Assembly: GCA_013239625.1 (NCBI GenBank)
Contig: MU056737.1
Span: 141,846-205,845, forward strand
DNA: 64,000 nucleotides
DNA from: Lama guanicoe
Lineage: Eukaryota
Direction: 5' to 3'
The notes beneath the pieces are model-generated. The model did no database searches. It worked only from the letters and a program-made list of their open reading frames with translations, and was not told the origin of the DNA. Numbering within the stretch: the stretch's first letter is position 1; every line of letters starts with the position of its first letter. Made by a program: the position numbers and the translations under genes. Positions 54,201 to 64,000 of the stretch are shown here, in pieces.

Positions 54201-54919
54201 GTCCCCAACCCACTGCACCCCTGGCTCCCTGCCTCCAGTGCCACTGCTGCCAGGCCAAGCACAAAAGGATATCTTGGTGAAGAAGCTGTCCAGGTTCTGG
54301 ATATGGTGCCAGGAGCCTGGGCACAGAGGGAAGAGCATGGGGACTCGGCTCTCACCGGGACAATTCTCCATGTCCTCAAGCTACTGCCAGAGGCCTAGTC
54401 CAGAGGAAACTCTGGAGCCCCCAGACCCTCCCCAGCCCCCGCCACTACCCACTCACCTCGGAGTCCTTCAGGTACATGAAGCAGGGGCTGCTGCTCCTCC
54501 CCGTGGAGGGGTGAATCTTGGGACCCCTCAGGGTCACAGTCCTCCAGCCGCTCATAATCCTGCTCAGGGATCAGAGGGCCTATCCGAAGCCCAGGAAGGT
54601 CCTGGGGGCACCGGCATGGGGGAGGGGGAGTCACCGAGGCCAAGGGTGGGGCAGAGTGGGAACCCCAGGAGGGGGGTACAGAGATGGGTGTCATCGCAGG
54701 CCTGGCCTGCATTGTGGGGGTGGCTGGGGTGGAGATGGCACTATGGTGAGGCTGAGAAGCCCCTGACACCTGCACCGCTGGGCAGGGGGGCCCCAGGGCT
54801 GAAGGAGGAGCCGAGGACGGGGCACTTCTTGTATGAGGGGCAGGGGACAGAGAGAAGATGGAGACCCTCCCTCCCCCAGGCCCCCGACTTGGAGGAGGAG
54901 GAAGAGGAGGCAGTGGCAT
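48152..54919 (-). CDS. ATG9B: Autophagy-related protein 9B (lipid scramblase), 13 coding exons, 2688 nt / 895 aa from first in-frame ATG
   Basis: Spliced frame gives ...PEQDYERLEDCDPEGSQDSP...GSWHHIQNLDSFFTKIYSYHQR...LTELDVHHRILRYTNY...YDEDVLAVEHV...VGDICSFALMDVKRHGHPQW...EDGKTELSLMRF...; exon phases are consistent. Confidence 0.97.
48365..48491 (-). CDS. ATG9B: ATG9B coding exon 12
   Basis: LHQQQQQQELWGE...EKPSWSSD; 127 nt. Confidence 0.95.
48685..48781 (-). CDS. ATG9B: ATG9B coding exon 11
   Basis: CVSPGGTGGQKLAQLPELASAEMSLHAIYLYQ; 97 nt. Confidence 0.95.
48945..49078 (-). CDS. ATG9B: ATG9B coding exon 10
   Basis: PETFLANL...ISRIAQDS; 134 nt. Confidence 0.95.
49270..49506 (-). CDS. ATG9B: ATG9B coding exon 9
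   Basis: WLSEGQTEAS...EDGKTELSLMRF...SSSPL; 237 nt. Confidence 0.96.
49865..50040 (-). mobile_element. MIR SINE in ATG9B intron 8
   Basis: atctcatgtaatcctcatgatagccctg...gtgattagctcaaggtcacag...ggaacccagctctg. Confidence 0.7.
50102..50281 (-). CDS. ATG9B: ATG9B coding exon 8
   Basis: VSLTEELLSPLLTPL...DVKRHGHPQ; 180 nt. Confidence 0.96.
50480..50633 (-). CDS. ATG9B: ATG9B coding exon 7
   Basis: SFIPDEQ...ARLLQYRA; 154 nt. Confidence 0.96.
50783..51537 (-). CDS. ATG9B: ATG9B coding exon 6 (CpG-rich)
   Basis: GELGSVSWAEVQ...LGILATVA; 755 nt. Confidence 0.97.
53062..53203 (-). CDS. ATG9B: ATG9B coding exon 5
   Basis: IHSSSLLVFLL...YWDIQVFYREALHIPP; 142 nt. Confidence 0.96.
53300..53640. mobile_element. 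hAT-Charlie-type non-autonomous DNA transposon (MER) in ATG9B intron 4
   Basis: Imperfect terminal inverted repeats CCGGTCGTTCTCAAAGT / ACTTGGAGAACAGCTG followed by Charlie-type target GTCTAGAC; AT-rich interior. Confidence 0.65.
53707..53868 (-). CDS. ATG9B: ATG9B coding exon 4
   Basis: QFIFIVTFTTFLLRCVDYNVLFAN...SQCAQ; 162 nt. Confidence 0.96.
54059..54123 (-). CDS. ATG9B: ATG9B coding exon 3
   Basis: IYSYHQRSGFACILLEDVFQL; AC acceptor; 65 nt. Confidence 0.95.
54124..54272 (-). other. ATG9B: U12-type (minor spliceosome) AT-AC intron, ATG9B intron 2
   Basis: 5' site ATATCCTTT, branch site TTTCTTGAC (54142-54134) ~11 nt from the terminal AC; the splice preserves the frame K|I. Confidence 0.93.
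54273..54316 (-). CDS. ATG9B: ATG9B coding exon 2
   Basis: (G)SWHHIQNLDSFFTK; followed by ATATCCTTT U12 donor; 44 nt. Confidence 0.95.
54457..54919 (-). CDS. ATG9B: ATG9B coding exon 1
   Basis: [10 protein letters not shown]...LLHVPEGLR; donor G|GTGAGT; in-frame TGA just upstream, so the start codon is uncertain. Confidence 0.85.
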
Positions 54920-56713
54920 GGGGAGGAGGGGCACTGATCAGGAAGGATGGGAGATGCTGCAGTTCCCGCCGAGGTCTGGCTGAGCAGGGACTTCAACAAG
55001 ACCAGTGACAACAACAGCCTGGTGACTCAGGTGGGGCAGGCCTCAGGCGTCCCAACTCGTAGTCACCTGTCTGACCACTCACACCTCTTCCAGGGCAACC
55101 TGCAGCCAAACCTCTTAGGGCCCCACCTCTAGCCTGGCAGGGACAGCAGCTGGGGAGGCAGGAGCTGAAGAACATCAGATCGAAGGAGATCCCTGCTGTT
55201 CCATCTTCAGACTCCCAGTGGATTTCAGGGGAGGCCAGAGGGCAGCCGCCAATAACAAAAGCAAAGAGAATCCTATTAAGGACTATAGGACTCTGGGGTC
55301 AAGATAGTAAATCTTTGATTTCTTAAAACCTTATCTCTCCTCCCTGCATATACACACACAGAGTGATCAACAGAGAAATGCTTTAAGACAAAAAACAGTA
55401 AGAAAGAAAAAAAAAGACAAGAAAGGCTGTATGTTTTGTGTGTGTGACAGTACTAAGGAAGGGAAAAGGGGGAGACTGCCTGACTTTGCAACCAGGTTGG
55501 GGGAAACTAAGGAGAGTAAAATAGGAGAGGTAATTATCTTGGATGTGAGATGGTTCTGGGAGCTTACAGTAGAAAAGTGGGGCTTCTTGGATGCGCCGCT
55601 ATGTTTACTTGTTTACTTATTTATCCTCTTGAAACCCTCTCCCCTAAATCCTGATCCAGTTTCTGGGGCCTTCTGAGAAGCATCAGGGTTGATGGCAGAG
55701 GGCAGCTGAGGGCATGGAATTTGGAAGGATAATTTCGGTGCCCCATGAATGAACTGACTGAGTTGACTTCCTTGTTGTCACCTCAACGAGGAGGCGGAGG
55801 CCCAGGCAACTGGTTTGGTGGCTTGTCCAACGCCATTCTTGAGTCCCTGAATCATCAGGCTACCTACTGAAGGCCATTCCAGAGGTGCTGACTCAGCCAC
55901 CCAGGTGTCAGAGCCACCAGGGCTTAGGCTCCAGGGCTGCTGTAGAGACCAGTATGCAGGAACCGGAGAGAGAGGAACAGAACATTTCCCATGTTGTCCA
56001 CCAGAGGAACTTAGAGGCAGTCGAGGAATTGCTCACAAAATTTGAGTCCAGGTACACCTATTTTTTCCTTGCGCCTCCTTCCTGTGAGGGGCATTGTCAC
56101 AGTAGCTCAGGACTTGCATAGTTTTATCCCCTAGCAGGAGGCTGAACTATAAAAACAGGATTCCTAGTGCCCAGAATGGAATCCCACACTGCAGAGGGGC
56201 TAGGAAATTTCCATGATCTCTCTGAGATGTCTGTCAAGATGGGTTACAAGGGGTTTCCTCTGGTCTTTTCCCAACCTCATTCACCCTGAGATACTCCACC
56301 ATACTCACTTTAGGACTCTCCTATATCCCTCCGCACTCAGCTCAACCTCAGACTAATCCTGGCACATTTTCCTACCGAGTTTCACTCCAGATTCATCAAT
56401 GGACAGCCTTCCTACCACCACCCCCAATTCAAGTCCGTTTATTATAAAGGAGACTTTTCCCTGCCAGGCATTTGGAGGGGAAGGAGGAGACGGATGAATG
56501 AGACAGAGCCACTACCCAAAAGGAAGTCACAGCCCAGTGAGGGAGACAGCTATGCAAACAAATCATTACACATAAGAAATAAATAAGCACACAAAGGTAC
56601 AAGAGTTGTGCTTTGGCAGCCTCAGGCAAGCGAGCCTGATATACCGTGAGGAAGGCATCTGCTGGGGAGACGGAACAGAGGCCGTGCGGTGATAAGCTAC
56701 AGTGCCTCCACAC

Positions 56714-56905
56714 CAGTGGTTCTAAACCATTGCGTAGGGGGAAGCGTATCAGAATCACCAGAGGAGTTCTTTTCCAAGTATAAGTGACTGTCGTCCCCGG
56801 AGCTCTGATTCGCCCGGGGAGGAGTGTGATGAGCAACGTGCACTTATTTTGAAAAAACGCTCCAGACGATTTTTGTCCCTTCGTCACTCAGAACCAGCAC
56901 TCTAC
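56714..56905. mobile_element. MER5-like hAT DNA transposon remnant upstream of ABCB8
   Basis: cagtggttctaaacc...atcagaatcaccaggaggag...ctctgattc...ctccagacgattttt. Confidence 0.6.
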
Positions 56906-56989
56906 CCTCCCTCGGGACTCCAGGACGTCTCGAGTCCGCTAGAAGCACCCATAAGAGAACAGCCCCGAGGTCAGCAGCTGACGCGTTAC

Positions 56990-57327
56990 TATGGATACCC
57001 CGGGGCGGGGGGCGTACAGCGCACACCCTCAAAACGTCACTCCAGAGCCTACTCCAGCGGCGGTCAGAGGACGGTGCCACATCCTGCTTGGCCCCAGGCC
57101 AGGACTGGGGGCGGGTTATAGGCGGCTCTCTCCAATCACAGCTCCAGAAGAAGACGAGCGAACAAGGTGTTCTCCAATCACAGCTTGCAACGAAATTGAC
57201 GTTTCTTTCCGCCAATCATCGCCAAGTGGCGAGGGGGTTGTCGGGATGGGGGCCGGAGCCAACATGGAGCCCTCAATGGGATAAGGGTGAAACCGCTGCT
57301 GCTGGCTGCTCCTGTTCTCCCTCGACC
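56990..57327 (+). promoter_or_regulatory. ABCB8: ABCB8 CpG-island promoter with three CCAAT (NF-Y) boxes and GC boxes
   Basis: CCAAT at 57132, 57174 and 57212; GGGGCGGG at ~57002 and ~57108; CpG-rich. Confidence 0.85.
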
Positions 57328-57422
57328 ATGCTGGTGCACTTATTTCGGGTCGGGATTCGGGGTGGCCCTGTCCCAGGCAGGCCGCTGCTACCCCTCCGCT
57401 TCCAGACATTCTCGGCCGTCAG
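57328..57422 (+). CDS. ABCB8: ABCB8 coding exon 1
   Basis: [31 protein letters not shown] (mitochondrial presequence-like); 95 nt. Confidence 0.95.
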
Positions 57423-60400
57423 GTAAAAAGGGACAAACCTACGGGAGCGCGGGCCATTGACCTGCCGGCAGGGCGTGGGGCCTGCCGGGAGATAGAGTCC
57501 CGGGCTCGCGCGAGGCCTGCTGGGAGTTGTAGGCTGGCCCGGCCCAGAGCTGAATGTCGCTCCCTGAGGGATTGGCCTCAATTATTTATAGCGACGACCC
57601 AGGTACCAGCAAGAGACTCGGCGCGTCTGTATCAGCACGTGTGGGCTGGACGGAGGGGACGCTCCGGGGTGGTGACCACTCCCGACCTGTACTCCCCACC
57701 AGGGGGCGCCATTTTGCACGGATGTTCGGGCCCCCGTTTCCTGCCCCTGTCCTTGTTCTTGGAATTGGTCTTGCGATGTGGACAAAAATTATCGGTGTCC
57801 AGAGTCATTTAGTATTGCTGTTGTTCCCAAGATTCAGTGTGAAATGGTTCCTAAATCTGGATACTTTCAGCAGAGTTAAAGAGTCAATTTAGTCAAGTGT
57901 ATGTATGTGTTCTTGTATGTTGGCTCTACACGTTGGTCCTAAGAGGAAGAGACACAGGTGGGAAATGAACAAGGACTCTGAAACGGCGACTTACTGGTAA
58001 ATACTTTATGAAAAGGGACTGATTCCTTTCTACTCCTGGAGTGAAGAACCTGTGGGCCAGGCAGGCAGCAGATTCGCAGGGGCGGGTGGATGTGGACTTG
58101 TGCTGTTTGGAAAGCCTATCCGATTGTTGGAGGGCAAGAGCCAGGCGAAGTTGAAGCTACAAGTACCGGTGCTCAGAACTAATCCGCCAGTTCTTGGCAG
58201 GGACCGAGTACTGCTTAGAGCCTTAGTTTGGAGAAGATGAGAAAAGCTGGAAAGTGGCCATGAAAAATTATTCAAAGGCTTGAAAACAGTCTTTAGGAAA
58301 AGAGTAGGGGTGTTGATATTATTTAAACCAGAGAGAAACCCAAGGAAAGCCATCAAATAATATTCTAGTATTTGTATGTTCATTGGTGTTTTTCAGATGT
58401 GCAAATCACAATAGATCATAAAGTGAATTTAGTGAGTACAAACCATTTAAAAGTGAATATGATGGAATATGTGTTAAAAAGAAATTAGAGAAACTAGTTT
58501 TGTGAAGCATTTCAATTTTCTGTGACATATTGTGTTCACTATACTGGATTGCAATGTAAAATGTATTCCTTGCTGTTGTCGCAGTAAGTTTAAAACTTTG
58601 CAAATGCTGCAGTAGCGAGTCAGGTCAGATTGTTCTGCATTTCTAATGAGGGCTTGCACTCAACAAACATAACTATTGGCTGAATGATGTTATGTACCAG
58701 AGCTCTGCTAACTGCTAGGGATACAGTGGTGAATAAGATAGAGCTTCCTGCCCCTCAAGGAATACATAGTCTAATGGGGAAATGAGACATTTACCCAGTG
58801 CAGAAGGAGAGTGAGCTTCTGTATCTAAGTTTTGGATAGACATAAAGTGCACAGTGGAAAAGACAGGTGGCTAGGGTGGGGGGAGGCATAATATAAAGGT
58901 AGCAGAGAAGCCCAGGCCTCACTGAGACAAGGGAAGAATGAGATGGAGTCTGCAGTTAGGTGGGTCTGGAAATATGAAAGACCCTCATAGTAAAGGGAAA
59001 ACCTCTCATCTGTTTGTTTTGAAGCCTTTCCCCATCAATAATCCCATTTGGATCTTTGAGCATCCTACCATATATTCTCTCAGCTGAATAACTTCTGCCT
59101 CTAACAGGCCTCTCTATAACCACACCTGTCCTCCAGTCTCCTCCCCTCTGCTGTGATCTTCAAAATGCAAATCTGATTACGGACCTTTTGCCCCCTCAAG
59201 TCCAGGTCTTTTAAAAGGACTGTAATGACTCCCCCTACCCAGCCCCCCACCCATGGCAAGCTTTGTCATTAGCTATTTGTTCCCTCTTACCTGCCCCCAG
59301 CTCCAGACACACACACACTAAAGCTTAACCACCACGAGGGTAGTTACTTGGTCTGTCCTGTTCACCTCCTATTCCCTGTGCCTCAGAGCAGAACACTGGC
59401 GCACAGTAGGCCTGCGACCCTACATTGCCACCTATAGATACCAAAACTGCAGGAAGGAGGCGCTCTTGGCCTGTGCAAGATGACAAGATACATTATTTGG
59501 ATTTTTATTTCTTTTTCTATCTTCAGCAGACAGAGGAGTCTGTCACCCTTTCCTTCTGTGCATTGTCACATAAGCACTGTAGGCCTGGAAGGGAAGAGGC
59601 TGATGGGGTGTAGTAAGCTCAGAGGACTTGGGTCTAGTCCTGGCCCTGCGACACATCACCTGAGCTTATTACACAGGGCAGAGTAGAATGAGCCTGGATC
59701 CTGGAATCCGACAGCAGGGTTCCTCTCTCGTCCCAGTTCCGCTGCCTGGGAACAGATTATTTCAGTTTCTCAGCCTCACGTGATTTTTTTCGTCTATCAA
59801 GTGAGAATAACAGCGGCCCCCTCCCAGGGACGCGAGGGTCACAGGCCACAGGCTGGTGACAGTGAGGCGGGGGCCGCGTTGGTGATGTGGCAGGCACTCT
59901 CCTGCTCTACCTCTCTGAGCTGCATTCACTCAGAGCTTCCATGTTCTCTGTGAAAGGAGTGCCCTTCAGCTCCAATGTCTCATGATTCTGAAAGAGCAGG
60001 GCTTGGAGCTGTCGCTGACCCAGAGGGCCGGTGCCTCTGGAGGCTGAGAGGGCCCGGCTGTCTGAGGACGCCTTTAAGACTCGATCACTCACTGTTTTCT
60101 CATTCCTCTACTGCTTTCCGTCATGGGTTTTTGTCTCAGAAACCGAGGTTGCTTAAGAACACCCTGAGAAAGTCAGTGTGGGTCCAACAGAAGAGGAAAT
60201 GCTGCTCTCCGTGGGGCTCCGCTGAGGGCTCAAGCAGTTTGTCATTCAGTCGAGGAATAGTTGGGGCCTCAAGCCATCAATGGCATTCTCTCCCCACAGG
60301 TCCTCCGATGGCTGCCCCAGCTCCTACCTCCTCAGGGCCGTGGCCCAGCTGCGGTCCCAGCTCCGGGCCCGCATCCCTCGAGCACCCCCAGCTCCTGGCC

Positions 60401-63400
60401 GGAGCCCCTCTGCCTGGTGCTGGGTTGGGGGAGCCCTCCTGGGCCCCGTGGTTCTGAGTAAATGCCCCCGCCTCTGCCTTGTGGCATTGTGTGAGGCAGA
60501 AGAGGCCCCTCCTGCCTGCTCCAGACCCTGGGTCGTGGAGTCCCGCTTTAACTGGAAGCTCTTCTGGCAGTTTCTACGCCCCCACCTGCTGATCCTGGGG
60601 GCAGCCATCGTGGTGAGATCTTCTCCCGCCCCCTCTACCCCCATCAGGGACAGGGAAGGATCCAGCCAGGGGGTTGCAGAAGCCCCAGTCAGAGGACACA
60701 TCAGGACAGCTCTCCTGCCTGGGCGAATCTCAGAGGAGACCTCAGGAAGCAGCAGAGCCAGCTGGCTTGGAGACAGGGGCTGAGGACCTGCACAGGGCGG
60801 CTGTGTGGACATGGGGGTCCCCAGGGGCTGGCAGCTGAACTTTAACTCTCAGAGAGACATGGGAGCCTCCAATGCATGGACGACAGTGGGAGAGGAAAGG
60901 CCAGGGATTGGGAAGAGTGTGGTTCTCCTAAACGTCTGTCCCCTCCCCGAAGCTGGCGCTGGGTGCAGCACTGGTGAACGTGCAGATCCCCCTGCTCCTG
61001 GGTCAGCTGGTGGAGATTGTGGCCAAGTATACAAGGGACCATGCGGGCAGCTTCCTGACTGAGTCCCGGAACCTTAGCACCCGCCTGCTGATTCTCTATG
61101 GCATCCAGGTACAGCAGAAGGGAGGGCCTGGGGGCACCCAGAGGAGTTGCCTGGGCACCCCTGAGAGCCCCGTCCTCTCTCCCAGGGCCTGCTGACCTTC
61201 GGGTACCTGGTGCTGCTATCCCGCATCGGTGAGCGCGTGGCAGTGGACATGAGGAGGGCCCTCTTCAGCAACCTGCTTCGGTACTGCCAGCCGTGGGGTG
61301 CGGGGTGCAGGCAGGGGGCTGAGGGGCCCTGAGGGGGTCTGGGTGAATGTCTGGGGGTGGGGCCTTGTCCTCAGGTAACATCTCTCTCTTTTCCCCCACC
61401 TGCTAACCCTGTGTCCCACCGCCAGACAAGACATTGCTTTCTTTGATGCTAAAAGGACAGGGCAGCTGGTGAGCCGATTGACAACGGATGTGCAGGAGTT
61501 TAAATCATCCTTCAAACTTGTCATCTCCCAGGTGAGTGCCCCAGGTCCCCCACACTCATACACTCTCACACACGCACACACACACACGCACACTCACTCC
61601 CTAGTGCAGATGCACCAGGCCAGCCCTGCCCCACCCACCCCACTGTTGGGCCTCGCGCCTAGGCTCACACTGAAGTGAGAAGCCTGCTGTCTGGTGAGGG
61701 TGCGGGTGAGGGAACAGGGAAGTTCACAGAAGCGAGGTGCCACGGCACTGTCCAAGGTCAGGACAGGCTGTTTCTTTCCTGTCCTAAAATCTTACCTCCC
61801 TGGAAAACCTTCTCAAAAACTCAGATAAGAGCCTGTCTCAGCCCAGATTGCCAAGAGCAAAATCGCAGTGGCCTGTCTTGTCCTCAGAATGCCTGGCTCA
61901 CTAACAGGAGAACAAGCAATGGCTCTTTGCTGTGTCCTGATGTCCCCTCTGCATACCCCCAGATTGTCACTGTAGCTGCCAGATCCTGCCAGTCACTGGC
62001 CAACAGCAGTCCCCGGGTGGCATCCCCAGGTGATTCTCGTTTTGTTCAGCTTCTAGAGCAGAAGACCAGGAGAGTGGGATTTGTCTAGGGGAAGGATGCC
62101 TTTGTCCATAGGCATCCTAACCCAGCGCCTTTATGCCTGGTCAAGGAAGGGTTAAGTTCTGTGTCCCGCAGTCTGCAGGTTGACTTCCCAGGGGTCAGAC
62201 CTGTGGCCTTGCCCTTGTGAGTATAGAGCTAGTTGTAGCCAGCTGACTCTTGGTAAAGTCCCCCATGTCCCATGTCATGGTGCTGATGTCAAACAGCCTT
62301 CCTTCCCACTCCTCAGGGGCTGCGAAGCTGTACCCAAGTGGCCGGCTGCCTGGTGTCCCTATCTATGCTCTCCACGCGCCTCACGCTGCTTCTGATGGTG
62401 GCCACGCCTGCCCTGATGGGAGCTGGCACCCTAATGGGCTCAGCTCTCAGGAAATTGTCTCGCCAGTGTCAGGAGCAGGTACCAGAAGTCCCACCCACCC
62501 TCCTTACCCTACCCTCCTTCTCTGCCCCATACTCCTCTGTCAACCCCTCTCCATCTCCAACCTGGCTCCCTATCTCCTGGACTTCTTGCAGGTCGCCAGG
62601 GCAACAGGTGTAGCCGATGAGGCCCTAGGCAACGTTCGGACAGTGCGAGCCTTCGCCATGGAGCAGCGGGAAGAGGAGTGAGTCGGGGCAGAGGCAGAGC
62701 ACAAAAGCAGGGGGACCCCAAATGCACCTCCCACCTTCCCCGCGCCCCACCCCGCCTGTTTCCTGAGGGCCAGCTTGACTTCTGTCCCCAGACGCTACGG
62801 AGCAGAGCTGGAGGCGTCCCGCTGTAAGGCAGAGGAGCTGGGCAGAGGCATCGCCTTGTTCCAAGGGCTCTCCAACATCGCCTTCAACTGTGAGTGAGCA
62901 AGGCCGCACCTGGGGGGACCCAGGCTGTGGCTGGGGGTGAGCGCAGAGGCGGGAAGGACAGGTCCCAGCAAGGCAGGCAAGGGGCAGCTTTCCACCTGCT
63001 TGATGGTCTTCAGATGTCTGTTGAGTGCCAGTTAGCCAGTCTGTGGAGCCTGCTGATGCCGGCAGGCAACGGGCAGGTAGGCCCAGTGTCACTACGTGCA
63101 GTGTGCTGCCGGGCCACTCTGGAGGGAGCCATGGAGGTGCCCCCAACCCACTCATTTCCAAATGAGGAAACAAAGGCAGAGACCATTCGAGTGACTTGCC
63201 AAAATTCCAGTCAGTTGGGAGCACAGCAGGGACTGAAACTGGAGACCAACGCGTGGGCCAGGTCTGTCTTCTGTTCTCCACAGCCGCCTTCCTAACCACC
63301 TGTCCTTTCCCCACACAGGCATGGTCTTGGGCACCCTGTTTATTGGGGGCTCCCTCGTGGCTGGACAGCAGCTGACAGGGGGAGACCTCATGTCCTTCCT

Positions 63401-63424
63401 GGTAGCCTCCCAGACAGTGCAGAG
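57328..63424 (+). CDS. ABCB8: Mitochondrial ABC transporter ABCB8 (MITOSUR), exons 1-9; continues beyond window
   Basis: [14 protein letters not shown]...[11 protein letters not shown]...[11 protein letters not shown]...[23 protein letters not shown]...[17 protein letters not shown]...[16 protein letters not shown]; GT-AG junctions with consistent phases. Confidence 0.97.
57696..57716 (+). promoter_or_regulatory. CTCF core motif overlapping a YY1 motif in ABCB8 intron 1
   Basis: CCACCAGGGGGCGC (consensus CTCF) running directly into CGCCATTTTG (YY1). Confidence 0.65.
58655..58800 (-). mobile_element. L2 LINE 3' fragment in ABCB8 intron 1
   Basis: cactcaacaaacat...tgctagggatacagtggtgaataagataga...cctgcccctcaagga...tagtctaatgggga. 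Confidence 0.7.
60300..60612 (+). CDS. ABCB8: ABCB8 coding exon 2
   Basis: [14 protein letters not shown]...LLILGAAIV; 313 nt. Confidence 0.95.
60953..61108 (+). CDS. ABCB8: ABCB8 coding exon 3
   Basis: [13 protein letters not shown]...LYGIQ; 156 nt. Confidence 0.95.
61186..61280 (+). CDS. ABCB8: ABCB8 coding exon 4
   Basis: [31 protein letters not shown]; 95 nt. Confidence 0.95.
61426..61531 (+). CDS. ABCB8: ABCB8 coding exon 5
   Basis: [35 protein letters not shown]; 106 nt. Confidence 0.96.
62317..62478 (+). CDS. ABCB8: ABCB8 coding exon 6
   Basis: [10 protein letters not shown]...LSRQCQEQ; 162 nt. Confidence 0.96.
62592..62677 (+). CDS. ABCB8: ABCB8 coding exon 7
   Basis: [28 protein letters not shown]; 86 nt. 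Confidence 0.96.
62792..62889 (+). CDS. ABCB8: ABCB8 coding exon 8
   Basis: [32 protein letters not shown]; 98 nt. Confidence 0.96.
63319..63424 (+). CDS. ABCB8: ABCB8 coding exon 9
   Basis: [34 protein letters not shown]; 106 nt. Confidence 0.96.
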
Positions 63425-63639
63425 GTGAGTGTGGGGCTGTTGCCATTCCTAAGAGCCCAGCTGGGCCAAGGGACAGGGCGTGCCTGCCAGTCTGCTCTGG
63501 GGACGACTACCCAGGTCCCCCAGTGCAGCACTGGGCAGTGGAGAGGGAGCCCCAGGCTCCCAGCCGCGCCTCCAGCCTAATTCAGAAATATGGTTGTCAT
63601 CTTCAACTTCCAAACAATTCAGAAGTTTCCTTGACAAAC

Positions 63640-64000
63640 TTTTTTCTTTAAAAAATTTCAGTAAAATACACAAAATTTACCATCTTAACCATTTCTAAGT
63701 ATTCAGTTTAATAGAGTTACATGCGTGCATGTTGCTGTGCAGCCATCACTACCGTCCCCTTCAGAACTTCAGTTTGCAAAACTGAAATGCTGCATCTGTG
63801 TGACCCACCCCCCCATCCCCTGGCAACCATCATTCTGCTTTCTGTCTCCGTGAGTCTGGCTCTTCTAGGTCCTCATCATATAGGTGACATCATATGGTAC
63901 CTGTCCCCTTGTGACAGGCTTATTTCTCTGAGCATAACATCTTCCTGGTTCATACATGTCGGAGCAGGTACCAGAATTTCCGTCCTTTTTAAGGCTGAGT
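63640..64000 (-). mobile_element. L1M (L1MB/MC-like) 3' UTR fragment in ABCB8 intron 9
   Basis: aaaatttaccatcttaaccatttctaagt...tgtgcagccatcactacc...cctggcaaccatcattctgctttctgtctc. Confidence 0.8.

Noticed and set aside
54034-55008. 324-aa plus-strand ORF antisense to ATG9B exons 1-3
   Set aside because: Shadow ORF over GC-rich coding and intron sequence; no domain or splice support.

Overview
Mammalian genomic DNA, almost certainly camelid (camel or alpaca), judged from a Vic-1-like tRNA-derived SINE in NOS3 intron 1. It covers the conserved KCNH2-NOS3-ATG9B-ABCB8 block (human 7q36.1 synteny). Left: the 5' end of KCNH2/hERG on the minus strand. Exon 2 is at 12596-12826, the promoter is a CpG island at ~15.5-16.4 kb, and coding exon 1 is apparently hidden in the N-gap at 15634-15844. 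Centre: complete endothelial nitric oxide synthase NOS3 on the plus strand (26 coding exons, 28868-46807, 1200 aa). Right: complete ATG9B on the minus strand (13 coding exons, 54919-48152, 895 aa), convergent with NOS3 and probably overlapping its 3' end. It is followed by the first 9 exons of ABCB8 (plus strand, from 57328), head-to-head with ATG9B. Old L1, L2, MIR, MLT1 and hAT repeats, microsatellites and four assembly gaps fill the rest. I found no wholly new gene system. The best leads are lineage-specific or cryptic features: (1) loss of the ancestral ATG9B start codon and Arg-rich N-terminus; (2) a U12 AT-AC intron in ATG9B; (3) an ATG9B polyA signal inside the NOS3 3' UTR; (4) loss of the eNOS Ser114-Pro motif and of the proximal GATA site; (5) a TATA promoter-like element 3.6 kb upstream of NOS3; (6) a candidate RFX-box alternative first exon inside KCNH2 intron 2. 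Comparisons with human, mouse and cattle are from memory and need checking by alignment.
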